Shown here piece after piece: positions 6,964-14,796 of a stretch of DNA of 24,164 bases (its first letter is position 1; every line of letters starts with the position of its first letter). Where the stretch lies: the IMG/VR virus record IMGVR_UViG_3300030372_002601, positions 1-24,164 of that record, one strand, 5' to 3'. Both the position numbers and the translations under genes were made by a program. This DNA is from a virus (Duplodnaviria; Caudoviricetes). The notes under the pieces were generated by a model. The model was not told where the DNA came from. It ran no database searches and saw only the letters and a program-made list of their open reading frames with translations.

Positions 6964-9479
6964 TATAGTACTTCCTCTAATCTTTTAGATGTTTGAAACA
7001 TTTCTCTAGCGCCTTGTAATCCTTGCGATTCTTCAGATACTTCACCCCCGGATTCGAGGTTCTTCATCATGTTATACATAACTTCCGCGCCTTTGTCCAC
7101 ATCTCCCTCACCAGCGTTTCTAACAGCATCAGCTGTAAATACAAATTCATTTTTAGATAATCTAGCCGGCACGTCATCTGCCTTTTCCATTCTACCTATT
7201 GGCACGAACCCACCATTATCTCTAAGATCCATTTCTTTGCCGTCCATATCTAATAGTGGCATTGTCTTTTTAGCAACTGGCTCTACATCTCCACCTTCTG
7301 CAAACATTCCACTTGAGGATAATAATCTTAATATTTCACCTATACCTTCTGAACCATATAAAAGTCCTTCAAGTTGGTTTCCGCCTTTTGTGTCTCTACT
7401 AAAAGGTTTAAAAAAATTAAGAATCTTAGATCCTGTTCCACCTTTTAAACCTATACGACCACCGTCCGCATTTAAATCTCTTGCTGTTTTACCACCAGTT
7501 TGTAAATTTTTAACAATTTGTTCTAATTGTAAAATACCTTCATCTGTAATTTTTGGTTTATTTTTCATTATTTCTTTTCCGCCAGCAGCGCTTTTTGCCA
7601 TATCTGAAAAAATTTCCGCTGAACTTTCAGCTGCTTCTTTATTAGAACCTTTACTCATCATTTCTTCTATTATTTCTTTTTTAAATTTTTCAGTAGATTT
7701 ATCTGCTTTGTTTATATTCTTTGCTGATACAAGAAGGTCTTCAATCATTTTTGCTCTTTCACCTTTTACTTTACTAGCGTAATCTTTAACTACATCACTT
7801 GCCATAATACCATCTTTAGTAGATCCTTTCATAAATAAAGTATTGGGGTCTTCAAGATATTTTGTAAATTGTTTAGGGTTAACTATTTTTAACAATTCAG
7901 AACCAGTTTTACCTGTCTTACTACCTTCAGAAAAAAATTTTAACATTTGTCTTACTAAAGCTAATCCTTGTGGCAGTTTACTGCCCATAAAAAATCCTGT
8001 TCGACCGCCTTCTGCGTAACCTTCTTTCATAGCTTCTCTAACAGCTTCACCCATGTCAAAACCTTCATCCATTAATTCTCTCACACGTTTAGCAAATCTT
8101 GCGTTCTCTGCCTCTTCATCCGCAACACCATTACCATCTTTTAAACCTATACGACCACCATCAGCTGCAAACGTAGTGCCAGTAAATCTAGGTGATAAAA
8201 AATTATATGGATTAGCTCTAATATTAGCTATGTCTATATCAGGTCCTCTGTATGGATCATCTTCCTCTTCTTCTTGTGGCATTAAACCAGCTAAAGCAGA
8301 TATACCTGCAATACCTGCCATTGCACCTTTAGTTGTTAAATTTTTACCAATTAAATTACCTAATGAAAATCCTTTACTAGGATCAGTAAGAAAAAAATTT
8401 TTTAAACCCTCTGATTTTAAAAATGCTGGTCCAAATTTAAGGGCTGCAAAACCTAGAGCAGCTTTACCTATTGGTGACTTTGCAACTTTCTTAACAGCCC
8501 TTGTTGCTTTCTTAACTAGTTTACCTAAGAAATACATTTGTCTTCCTGTTTCAAGGTCCATGATCCCACCTTCGGCAGCACCTATTCGTCCGCCATCCGC
8601 TGCTGATTCTTCTTCTAATTGTCTTCTTAATGCATCAAAATCAAATATAGAGCCCGCGAATCTTGGAGTAATCCCAGCAAAAACATCTGTTGTTTGATTT
8701 GGATCTGTAGGGTCAGTTGGGTCTGTTAGATCTGTTGGATCTGTTGCTATTTGATTAGCCTCTGATGGTCCACGATCATCTATTCCCATATCTCTTCTGT
8801 AAGCTCCTATATCTCCTCTGTATTTAACAGTTGGATTACCAAATTCATCTAATAAAAAATCTCCATAACTTTTTATAGTTCTGACTGGAACTGTTGGACC
8901 TTCTTGAAAAGCTTGGTTTTCAAAAAAAGAAAAAAGATTGTCTGTATCCGTTAATTCTTCACTTGGTATCACACCCATACTTCTTAAATAATCTGCATAA
9001 GCTTGTCTCTGTTTAGTTATACTTTTTTTAGCTCCGGGTATTAATAAACTTCTGTTAAAAAAATTTTGTCTTGTTGGAAGAAGTCGATCAAAAAAAGTTG
9101 GATTTTTTTCTCTAAGTTTCTTTTTTAATTTTTTTTGTTCATCTCTATCAGGAATATTTACATCGGGTACAAGGTTTGTTACAAAATCAGTGCCAGTCGC
9201 TTGAGTTGTACCTTCATATGGATCATCATCTTTTCCTGTTTTTCTAACATCTAAACCAACTTCATCGTAAGACCCAGTAGGTGATTTTCTAGCATCAAAA
9301 GTTTGTCGCCTTTGCTCTTGCATTGCTGCCTCTCTACGATTAGCAGCAGCTTCTTCTTCTCTAGCTCTGTCTTCATTTGGATTTCTGTATCCTGGTCGTT
9401 TACCAGTCATAGATGGTTGTACTAACATACCTCCATCTTCTAACATCTGTCTTACCTGTTGTGCTCTAGTTATTGCCAT
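6963..9479 (-). CDS. Modular putative internal virion protein with repeated A[DE]GGR[IT]G motifs (838 aa)
   Basis: Long ORF with about 12 copies of a Gly-Gly-type motif, an amphipathic basic helix, and a C-terminal DDVPARLSKNEFVFTADAV domain. Confidence 0.6.
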   Translation of the reverse strand: MAITRAQQVRQMLEDGGMLVQPSMTGKRPGYRNPNEDRAREEEAAANRREAAMQEQRRQTFDARKSPTGSYDEVGLDVRKTGKDDDPYEGTTQATGTDFVTNLVPDVNIPDRDEQKKLKKKLREKNPTFFDRLLPTRQNFFNRSLLIPGAKKSITKQRQAYADYLRSMGVIPSEELTDTDNLFSFFENQAFQEGPTVPVRTIKSYGDFLLDEFGNPTVKYRGDIGAYRRDMGIDDRGPSEANQIATDPTDLTDPTDPTDPNQTTDVFAGITPRFAGSIFDFDALRRQLEEESAADGGRIGAAEGGIMDLETGRQMYFLGKLVKKATRAVKKVAKSPIGKAALGFAALKFGPAFLKSEGLKNFFLTDPSKGFSLGNLIGKNLTTKGAMAGIAGISALAGLMPQEEEEDDPYRGPDIDIANIRANPYNFLSPRFTGTTFAADGGRIGLKDGNGVADEEAENARFAKRVRELMDEGFDMGEAVREAMKEGYAEGGRTGFFMGSKLPQGLALVRQMLKFFSEGSKTGKTGSELLKIVNPKQFTKYLEDPNTLFMKGSTKDGIMASDVVKDYASKVKGERAKMIEDLLVSAKNINKADKSTEKFKKEIIEEMMSKGSNKEAAESSAEIFSDMAKSAAGGKEIMKNKPKITDEGILQLEQIVKNLQTGGKTARDLNADGGRIGLKGGTGSKILNFFKPFSRDTKGGNQLEGLLYGSEGIGEILRLLSSSGMFAEGGDVEPVAKKTMPLLDMDGKEMDLRDNGGFVPIGRMEKADDVPARLSKNEFVFTADAVRNAGEGDVDKGAEVMYNMMKNLESGGEVSEESQGLQGAREMFQTSKRLEEVL
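7442..7463. repeat. 22-bp perfect direct repeat, copy 1 (cttttaaacctatacgaccacc)
   Basis: Identical to 8138-8159; encodes GGRIGLK on the minus strand; offset 696 bp = 232 codons. Confidence 0.95.
8138..8159. repeat. 22-bp perfect direct repeat, copy 2
   Basis: Identical to 7442-7463. Confidence 0.95.
8700..8746 (-). repeat. Degenerate 9-bp tandem repeat encoding (TDP)n linker
   Basis: Protein ATDPTDLTDPTDPTDP; DNA units ggatctgtt/gggtcagtt/gggtctgtt/agatctgtt. Confidence 0.85.
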
Positions 9480-9514
9480 CGTACCACTTTATTTTGTTTT
9501 ACCGAATAAATCAA
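9480..9514 (-). promoter_or_regulatory. Putative sigma70-type promoter, possibly giving a leaderless mRNA for the 838-aa gene
   Basis: Minus strand TTGATT (9514-9509)-N17-TAAAGT (9491-9486)-N6-ATG (9479); no clear SD. Confidence 0.45.
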
Positions 9515-9659
9515 GGCTAGGCATTACGACATTTACATCTTGAGCCATGTCTTCTTGTTTATAACCCTTAGCTTCCCAGTCTTTTCTTTCTTTAAAAAGT
9601 TCCCCTGTTTCTTTGTGTCTATATGTTGTCTCTACCTTTGCTGGTTTTAATACTTGCAT
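9489..9659 (-). CDS. Hypothetical phage protein (56 aa)
   Basis: Not in ORF track. MQVLKPAKVETTYRHKETGELFKERKDWEAKGYKQEDMAQDVNVVMPSLDLFGKTK. TAATG overlap at 9659; fills the gap. Confidence 0.8.
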   Translation of the reverse strand: MQVLKPAKVETTYRHKETGELFKERKDWEAKGYKQEDMAQDVNVVMPSLDLFGKTK

Positions 9660-10000
9660 TATGTTGTTACCTCTCTAGGCTGTATTTCTAATATTGAAGC
9701 TATGACGTGCAGCTCGTTCGCATCACTTGCCTGTACTTTTAGTACTTCACTTTCCTCCATGACTAAAGGTTGAGTTAAAAGTTCTGTTGTAGCATTACCA
9801 GATATTGCTTTTGTTTTAAATAAACTAAATATATTAGAACTAGCGTCTACTAAAGTTACAGTTATATTTGCCCCCGATCCTGCATCGTCAGATATTAGTA
9901 TGGATTTTACAACAGCAGTTTTAAAACTAGGCACTGTATATAGTGTTGTAAGATCAGTTGTTGTTAAATCTGCTTTTTTATTTATAAAACTATTAGCCAT
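9659..10000 (-). CDS. Small beta-rich virion structural protein (113 aa); paralog of 19587-19952
   Basis: Coupled ORF; shares its pattern with the 121-aa protein (PLVMEESEVLKV vs SIYLEEGDNIEA). Confidence 0.7.
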   Translation of the reverse strand: MANSFINKKADLTTTDLTTLYTVPSFKTAVVKSILISDDAGSGANITVTLVDASSNIFSLFKTKAISGNATTELLTQPLVMEESEVLKVQASDANELHVIASILEIQPREVTT

Positions 10001-10164
10001 TATTGTAAAAAGAAGTTAAATGCTTCCACCTCCTCTTTTAATTCTTCTTGAAACGTTGTATTTAATTTTTGTATAATTCCATCTAAATCTCTAACTTGTG
10101 CCTCTGCAGTTTCTAAATCATACTCATTACTAGGTCTTGTTAATACTTGTACTATCTTTGCCAT
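10000..10164 (-). CDS. Hypothetical helical protein (54 aa)
   Basis: Not in ORF track. MAKIVQVLTRPSNEYDLETAEAQVRDLDGIIQKLNTTFQEELKEEVEAFNFFLQ. TAATG overlaps at both ends. Confidence 0.8.
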   Translation of the reverse strand: MAKIVQVLTRPSNEYDLETAEAQVRDLDGIIQKLNTTFQEELKEEVEAFNFFLQ

Positions 10165-12365
10165 TATCTTCTTCCGTCTGGTTGTATGTCTAATCTAAAA
10201 GTTCCTAATCTCCAAGATTGACTAGTTGCTGTGTTTTCTATTTTTAAAGCAACAGCCCTTGCTCTAGCACGAGTGTCTACTTTTTTGGTTGAAGAAGTTA
10301 TGTCAAATGGACCCAATGAAGAACTTGCTTGACTGTCATTTGGAAAATCTCTTAAATTTAAAGTAATTCTAGTAGTTCCTGTTTGTGATATGAAGTCCGG
10401 TATAAATCTTCTTATCTTCATTATAAATTCACCGTCACCTCTAAGATCTGCAACACCAGTTGATTGGCCTGTGATACCTCTTCTTTGACTTATGTCATAG
10501 TCACCAGATTCTATACTAGCTAATATAGCAGTTGTAGTTCCTGATCTTATTTGATCTGTCCCTGTTTCATGTTCATAGTATGTTGTTCTGCCCTCTGTGT
10601 TCCCTACAACATCAAAAGAAGTATCTGTCCCTGCATCGTATTCTAATGCATGAGGTTTACCGAATACAGCGGAGTCTTCCCACATAGTTCTAGCTAAAGT
10701 TCCATTTGTCCAAACTGGTCTTTGTGGTGAAGAGTCAAAGTAGTTGTATGCAATCATTCTATTTACAACAGATGATGAAGACGTTGGATAAAACCACATA
10801 ACTTCACCAAATAAATTATTTAAACCAGCAGATACCATTTGATTACCAGATTCTAAATTTATATCCTCATAAACAAAATCTTCTACAAGACAAGGTAACG
10901 ATTCTAGTTTACCAGCGTATCTAAAGAAACCATTTTCAGACATCCAGTATGCAGCGCCATCAACTTCTACACATGCATTTTGTCCAACAAGTCCACAGTT
11001 AGTTCCGACTTGTGCAAACGCAAATGTAAAAGGTTGTCCAACAAAACGTTGTGTAAATAATGCTGTATCTGTCCAAACATATAATGCATCTCTACCACGA
11101 ATAGCTCCTCTAATTTGTGATCCGTCGGCCAGTCTTTGTGTACCAGCAGTATTTGTTGCTGTGGGTGTGTAAGTATTTATGTCCTCTTGGTCAGAGAATC
11201 TAATAAACATATCATCTTGTGTAGAGGGTGTTCCAATAGTTGTTTCCGTTCCATAAAATACTAAGTGCCTGTCTGGTGTGGATACAACCATATGTCTTGA
11301 TGCAGTTGGTGCACCCGATATAATTGTAGCCCTATTGTTTGTTGCATTTGTTGCGGCAGAATCCCATTCAAAAACTTGAGCATCGTGTATTAAACAAATA
11401 GCCTTATCACCAAAATTATCTAATGACCACATACCTGGTTCAAGAACTAAGTCTCCTGATGCCGCCTCACCCCACGCAACAAAATCAGTGGAGTTTGTTA
11501 CAGTTGCTCCATCAGAATGTGCAGACCTTGTTGAGTTTCTAACTGCTCTGGTTATACCTGTTAAATTATTTCCAGAAACTCCCGTGTAAGAAATTTCTTC
11601 GTTACCAACTTGAATAAAATTTGTACCCGTGCTAGGAAATTGTGAGGCGTCAGTCAAAGTAATTGATGTTCCGGAGCCACCTGTTCCTGCTGTGTCATCT
11701 GACAAAGCACCATTTAAAGTTGTAGTTGATGCACCTATTTCTTGTCCACCCCAAGTCCCTAAAGACCAACCAAAACCTTTTGCTTGAACTGCTGGTCCCA
11801 CTGGGTAGTAGTGTTGAACTCTAACACCTCCAGATGTTGAAGCACCAGATCCACTTTCGTTTGAAGGCATTGTTATAGTTAAAGTAGTTGCTGATGGTAC
11901 ACTTGTTACCATAAATTTTTTATCATCAAAATCAGATGCTGCAAAGTTAGAGTTAGTTGCAGAAGAAAAATTATCTAATAATATTATGTCTTGAGCACCT
12001 ATATTGTGAGAAGTGCTAAAAGTAATAGTTACTGTTGGTGATCCGTTGGTCGTGGTGAATGCACTTGTAAGAGTTGTTGTTGTTTTAATAGGATGTATAT
12101 CGTAAAAAACACCCCCTGAATAAGCATACAAAATTCTGTTTGTTCCAATAATAGAATACTTAATACTTGTGCTGCTAACAAAATGATGAAGCCCTCTACC
12201 AGCTCCTGTTAAAAAATTGGTGCCTGCTAATTGTTTCCAACCACCTATTTTTTCAGGTATACCATACCTAAAACGAACATTGTCACAATCTATCCATTGA
12301 CCCTCTGCTCCTGTGGCTGTAATTTGTTTGTTTATTCCTGGCTGAAACCCTATCTTTTGTAGCAT
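10164..12365 (-). CDS. Tail hub/nozzle protein (P22 gp10-like / T7 tail tubular B-like), 733 aa
   Basis: Size, beta-propeller-like segments (FIRFSDQED, VWTDTAL, AYWMSENGFFRY) and position immediately upstream of the ejection genes. Family assigned by recall. Confidence 0.7.
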   Translation of the reverse strand: MLQKIGFQPGINKQITATGAEGQWIDCDNVRFRYGIPEKIGGWKQLAGTNFLTGAGRGLHHFVSSTSIKYSIIGTNRILYAYSGGVFYDIHPIKTTTTLTSAFTTTNGSPTVTITFSTSHNIGAQDIILLDNFSSATNSNFAASDFDDKKFMVTSVPSATTLTITMPSNESGSGASTSGGVRVQHYYPVGPAVQAKGFGWSLGTWGGQEIGASTTTLNGALSDDTAGTGGSGTSITLTDASQFPSTGTNFIQVGNEEISYTGVSGNNLTGITRAVRNSTRSAHSDGATVTNSTDFVAWGEAASGDLVLEPGMWSLDNFGDKAICLIHDAQVFEWDSAATNATNNRATIISGAPTASRHMVVSTPDRHLVFYGTETTIGTPSTQDDMFIRFSDQEDINTYTPTATNTAGTQRLADGSQIRGAIRGRDALYVWTDTALFTQRFVGQPFTFAFAQVGTNCGLVGQNACVEVDGAAYWMSENGFFRYAGKLESLPCLVEDFVYEDINLESGNQMVSAGLNNLFGEVMWFYPTSSSSVVNRMIAYNYFDSSPQRPVWTNGTLARTMWEDSAVFGKPHALEYDAGTDTSFDVVGNTEGRTTYYEHETGTDQIRSGTTTAILASIESGDYDISQRRGITGQSTGVADLRGDGEFIMKIRRFIPDFISQTGTTRITLNLRDFPNDSQASSSLGPFDITSSTKKVDTRARARAVALKIENTATSQSWRLGTFRLDIQPDGRR

Positions 12366-12409
12366 AATTACCTTGTTATTTTAGAAGTATTACCATAGAT
12401 TACCAATTT
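12366..12409. promoter_or_regulatory. 44-bp divergent intergenic region with overlapping sigma70-like promoters
   Basis: Plus: TTGTTA (12373-78)-N17-TAGATT (12396-401). Minus: TTGGTA (12406-401)-N17-TAAAAT (12383-78). Three ATTACC copies. Confidence 0.45.
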
Positions 12410-13039
12410 ATGAAAGAAATTGCAACAATACCACTGTTTGCAACACCGCTTACAGTGTACGAAATTGAACATATAAATCAAGAAAAAATAGAAGAAATTT
12501 TAAAATCGGTTAAGTACAAGACCATAGATAAGCTGCCTAATCACAGCTGTATTAGTGAGAGTTTAAATATCTTAAATGAACACGAAGATCTAAAAGGTTT
12601 AAAAGTTAAGATAGAGCAAGCCATAGATAATTTTTCACAAAAAATTATTGGTAATACAGAAACAAAACTATCTTTAACAACTTCTTGGGCTACTAGAACA
12701 AAACCAGGAGAGGCTTCTGATGTGCACAAACACTCTAACAATATGTTTTCTGCTGTTTATTATAACTATAAAACTAGTCCCATAAGATTTTATAAATATA
12801 ATAATGAAACTAATATGGAACTTTTGCCTGAAAAATATACTGTGTATAATTCTAATTATTGGGACGTAACTCCTTTAGACAAGTTCTTATTAATTTTTCC
12901 ATCTTATTTAAGACACTGCATAGTTCGTAATAAAAGTGGTAATACTAGATACTCTGTGGCTTGTAATTTTCATCCTACTGGAGATTATGGAAGAGGAGAT
13001 AGCAGTCTATTCGGACTTACGTTTAAAAGTGTCTGGTAA
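12410..13039 (+). CDS. Putative 2OG-Fe(II) oxygenase, TIGR02466-like (HxH type)
   Basis: WATRTKPGEASDVHKHSNNMFSAVYY ... LLIFPSYLRHC ... RYSVACNF. The only plus-strand gene I accept. Confidence 0.85.
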   Translation: MKEIATIPLFATPLTVYEIEHINQEKIEEILKSVKYKTIDKLPNHSCISESLNILNEHEDLKGLKVKIEQAIDNFSQKIIGNTETKLSLTTSWATRTKPGEASDVHKHSNNMFSAVYYNYKTSPIRFYKYNNETNMELLPEKYTVYNSNYWDVTPLDKFLLIFPSYLRHCIVRNKSGNTRYSVACNFHPTGDYGRGDSSLFGLTFKSVW

Positions 13040-13678
13040 ACCAATAAACTCTCTACCATCAAATTGATTTTTTTCTGACCAATTTGAATCTGTGTCATTG
13101 TAATGTAAAAAAACTTGAGTACATACATCACCATCAAAGGTTTCTCTCCAATGTTCTAAATCATATCCTTTATAGATAAGCATATCACCAGGATTTAAAT
13201 CTACTTTAATACCAGAGTGTGCCTGTTTTTTTACTTCTGTGTTTGATTTTGTAACGTAAGTGACATTATCTTCACCAGTTGGATCAACATATATTGGCCA
13301 CATGTCTCCACCCAAATTCATAGTTGTAGATATTTCACAACTAGGTCTATCTTTATGTCTAGCTAAAGCATTTCCTTTGTAATAAATTCTAGCGTAAGAA
13401 TATGTAGGGACTAAATTTAAATTAGTTTCTTCTTGCATTTTTTTCTGCATGTCTATCAAAAGAGTTTCCATAACTATATCTGCATAGTGTGCATAAGAGT
13501 TTGGAACTTGGGGATCATTAAATGTTCCCATAAAAGTTATATATGGAGAAACAGTTTTTTCCTCTAACATTTTTTTAAAAACTTTAGCTTTTAATAAAAA
13601 ATACTTATGACAAAATTCTGCTAACTCTAATGAGATAGCATTTCTAATTATTTGATAACCTTTTTCTTTAAAACTCAT
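13007..13678 (-). CDS. 2OG-Fe(II) oxygenase superfamily protein
   Basis: YSYARIYYKGNALARHKDRPSCEISTT (HxD), PGDMLIYKG..LEHWRE (distal His), QVFLHY. Confidence 0.85.
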   Translation of the reverse strand: MSFKEKGYQIIRNAISLELAEFCHKYFLLKAKVFKKMLEEKTVSPYITFMGTFNDPQVPNSYAHYADIVMETLLIDMQKKMQEETNLNLVPTYSYARIYYKGNALARHKDRPSCEISTTMNLGGDMWPIYVDPTGEDNVTYVTKSNTEVKKQAHSGIKVDLNPGDMLIYKGYDLEHWRETFDGDVCTQVFLHYNDTDSNWSEKNQFDGREFIGLPDTFKRKSE

Positions 13679-13679
13679 A

Positions 13680-14255
13680 TTAAAAATTAAACGCTATTGA
13701 TATTCTTTCTCCATCTTGTTGTAAAGGTGACACCATATGTCTTAAATAAGATCTAAATATAAGTAAACAATTTTCTTTCATGTCTTTTATATGATAAGTT
13801 TCTGCATTTATATCACAGATTTCTAAATTTTTTAATGGCAACATATCAGGTAAAGGGTTTTCAAAAGTTACTACTGGATAAGGTTTAGGTGTTTGCAAAA
13901 CAAATATTGCACTAAAACGACTACCTGCATGATAGTGATATTCTTGATAGTCTCCTTTTTTATATATATTAAACCAAGAGTTGCAACATGTGTAGTTATA
14001 ATTTGATTTTAGTTCTTTAGCATATATATTTACTTTATCTGTTACGATATCTATTAAATGTTTAAATTTAGGATTATCTTTTAATTCATAAGTTCCTAAA
14101 GTATTGTAGGTATTACAATTCCAATTATCACCACCTGTTGTAATTTGTTTTTGAATATCTTTACATTCTATAATCATGTCTTCTAAATATTCTTTTGAAA
14201 CTAAAGAGTGTGAAGAAAACAAGGTGTTTGTAAAAATTTTTTGAATATGGTTCAT
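13680..14255 (-). CDS. Putative 2OG-Fe(II) oxygenase, TIGR02466-like (HxH type)
   Basis: SWFNIYKKGDYQEYHYHAGSRFSAIF ... LLIFRSYLRHMV ... RISIAFNF. Confidence 0.85.
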   Translation of the reverse strand: MNHIQKIFTNTLFSSHSLVSKEYLEDMIIECKDIQKQITTGGDNWNCNTYNTLGTYELKDNPKFKHLIDIVTDKVNIYAKELKSNYNYTCCNSWFNIYKKGDYQEYHYHAGSRFSAIFVLQTPKPYPVVTFENPLPDMLPLKNLEICDINAETYHIKDMKENCLLIFRSYLRHMVSPLQQDGERISIAFNF

Positions 14256-14256
14256 A

Positions 14257-14796
14257 CTAAAATATTTTACCTTTCTGCCACTCCCAAATAAAAGACGACA
14301 TTTTTATTTTATTGTATATCTCATATTCCATATTTAAATATTTTAATACTTCTTCTTTTTTAAAATGTTGTTTTATATCAGGTCCTTGGTTAAGATGAAA
14401 AGATGAATTAAAATGCATTTCTAAAAATATATTTAAATCAGAAATATCTACATACCAGTTTACACATGAATTCATTAAATACATGGACTGGTAGGATGTG
14501 TGTTTTACGTTGCCTGCTTCTTTACTATTTTTTTCTAAATTACTTAAAAATAATTTATCTAACTTAATATTTTCTATATCTATGTTGTGTCTTTTAATAT
14601 CATAACACAAACCAGAAACAAATCTTTCATAAGGATCTCTTATAACAGTCCAACAAGTTTTTTTTATATTTCTAGCGTTAGAAAGTTGTGGTTTTAAATA
14701 TTCTATTGTTTTTAAAACACTCGTGCATGCATTTTTATGTATCAATAAATATTGAAAATTATCTGTTTCATAAAATTCTAAATCTTGAAAATACAT
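14257..14796 (-). CDS. Sulfotransferase-family-like protein (179 aa; start corrected to MYFQDLEF)
   Basis: 5'-PSB-like IHKNACTS and 3'-PB-like VIRDPYERFVSG motifs. ATG at 14796 forms a TAATG overlap with the upstream gene. Confidence 0.7.
   Translation of the reverse strand: MYFQDLEFYETDNFQYLLIHKNACTSVLKTIEYLKPQLSNARNIKKTCWTVIRDPYERFVSGLCYDIKRHNIDIENIKLDKLFLSNLEKNSKEAGNVKHTSYQSMYLMNSCVNWYVDISDLNIFLEMHFNSSFHLNQGPDIKQHFKKEEVLKYLNMEYEIYNKIKMSSFIWEWQKGKIF

Noticed and set aside
7442-8603. Repeats as a CRISPR array or att sites
   Set aside because: Only two exact copies, 696 bp apart, inside a coding frame; no regular spacers, cas genes or integrase in the window.
7069-8697. Plus-strand ORFs 7069-7782 and 8053-8697 with PIRPPSA repeats
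   Set aside because: The repeats are just the reverse-complement reading of the ADGGRIG motif; shadow ORFs.
227-9479. Calling the 1398-aa or 838-aa protein a true tape measure protein or virion RNA polymerase
   Set aside because: No tail tube/chaperone context or regular TMP repeats recognised; no polymerase catalytic motifs seen.
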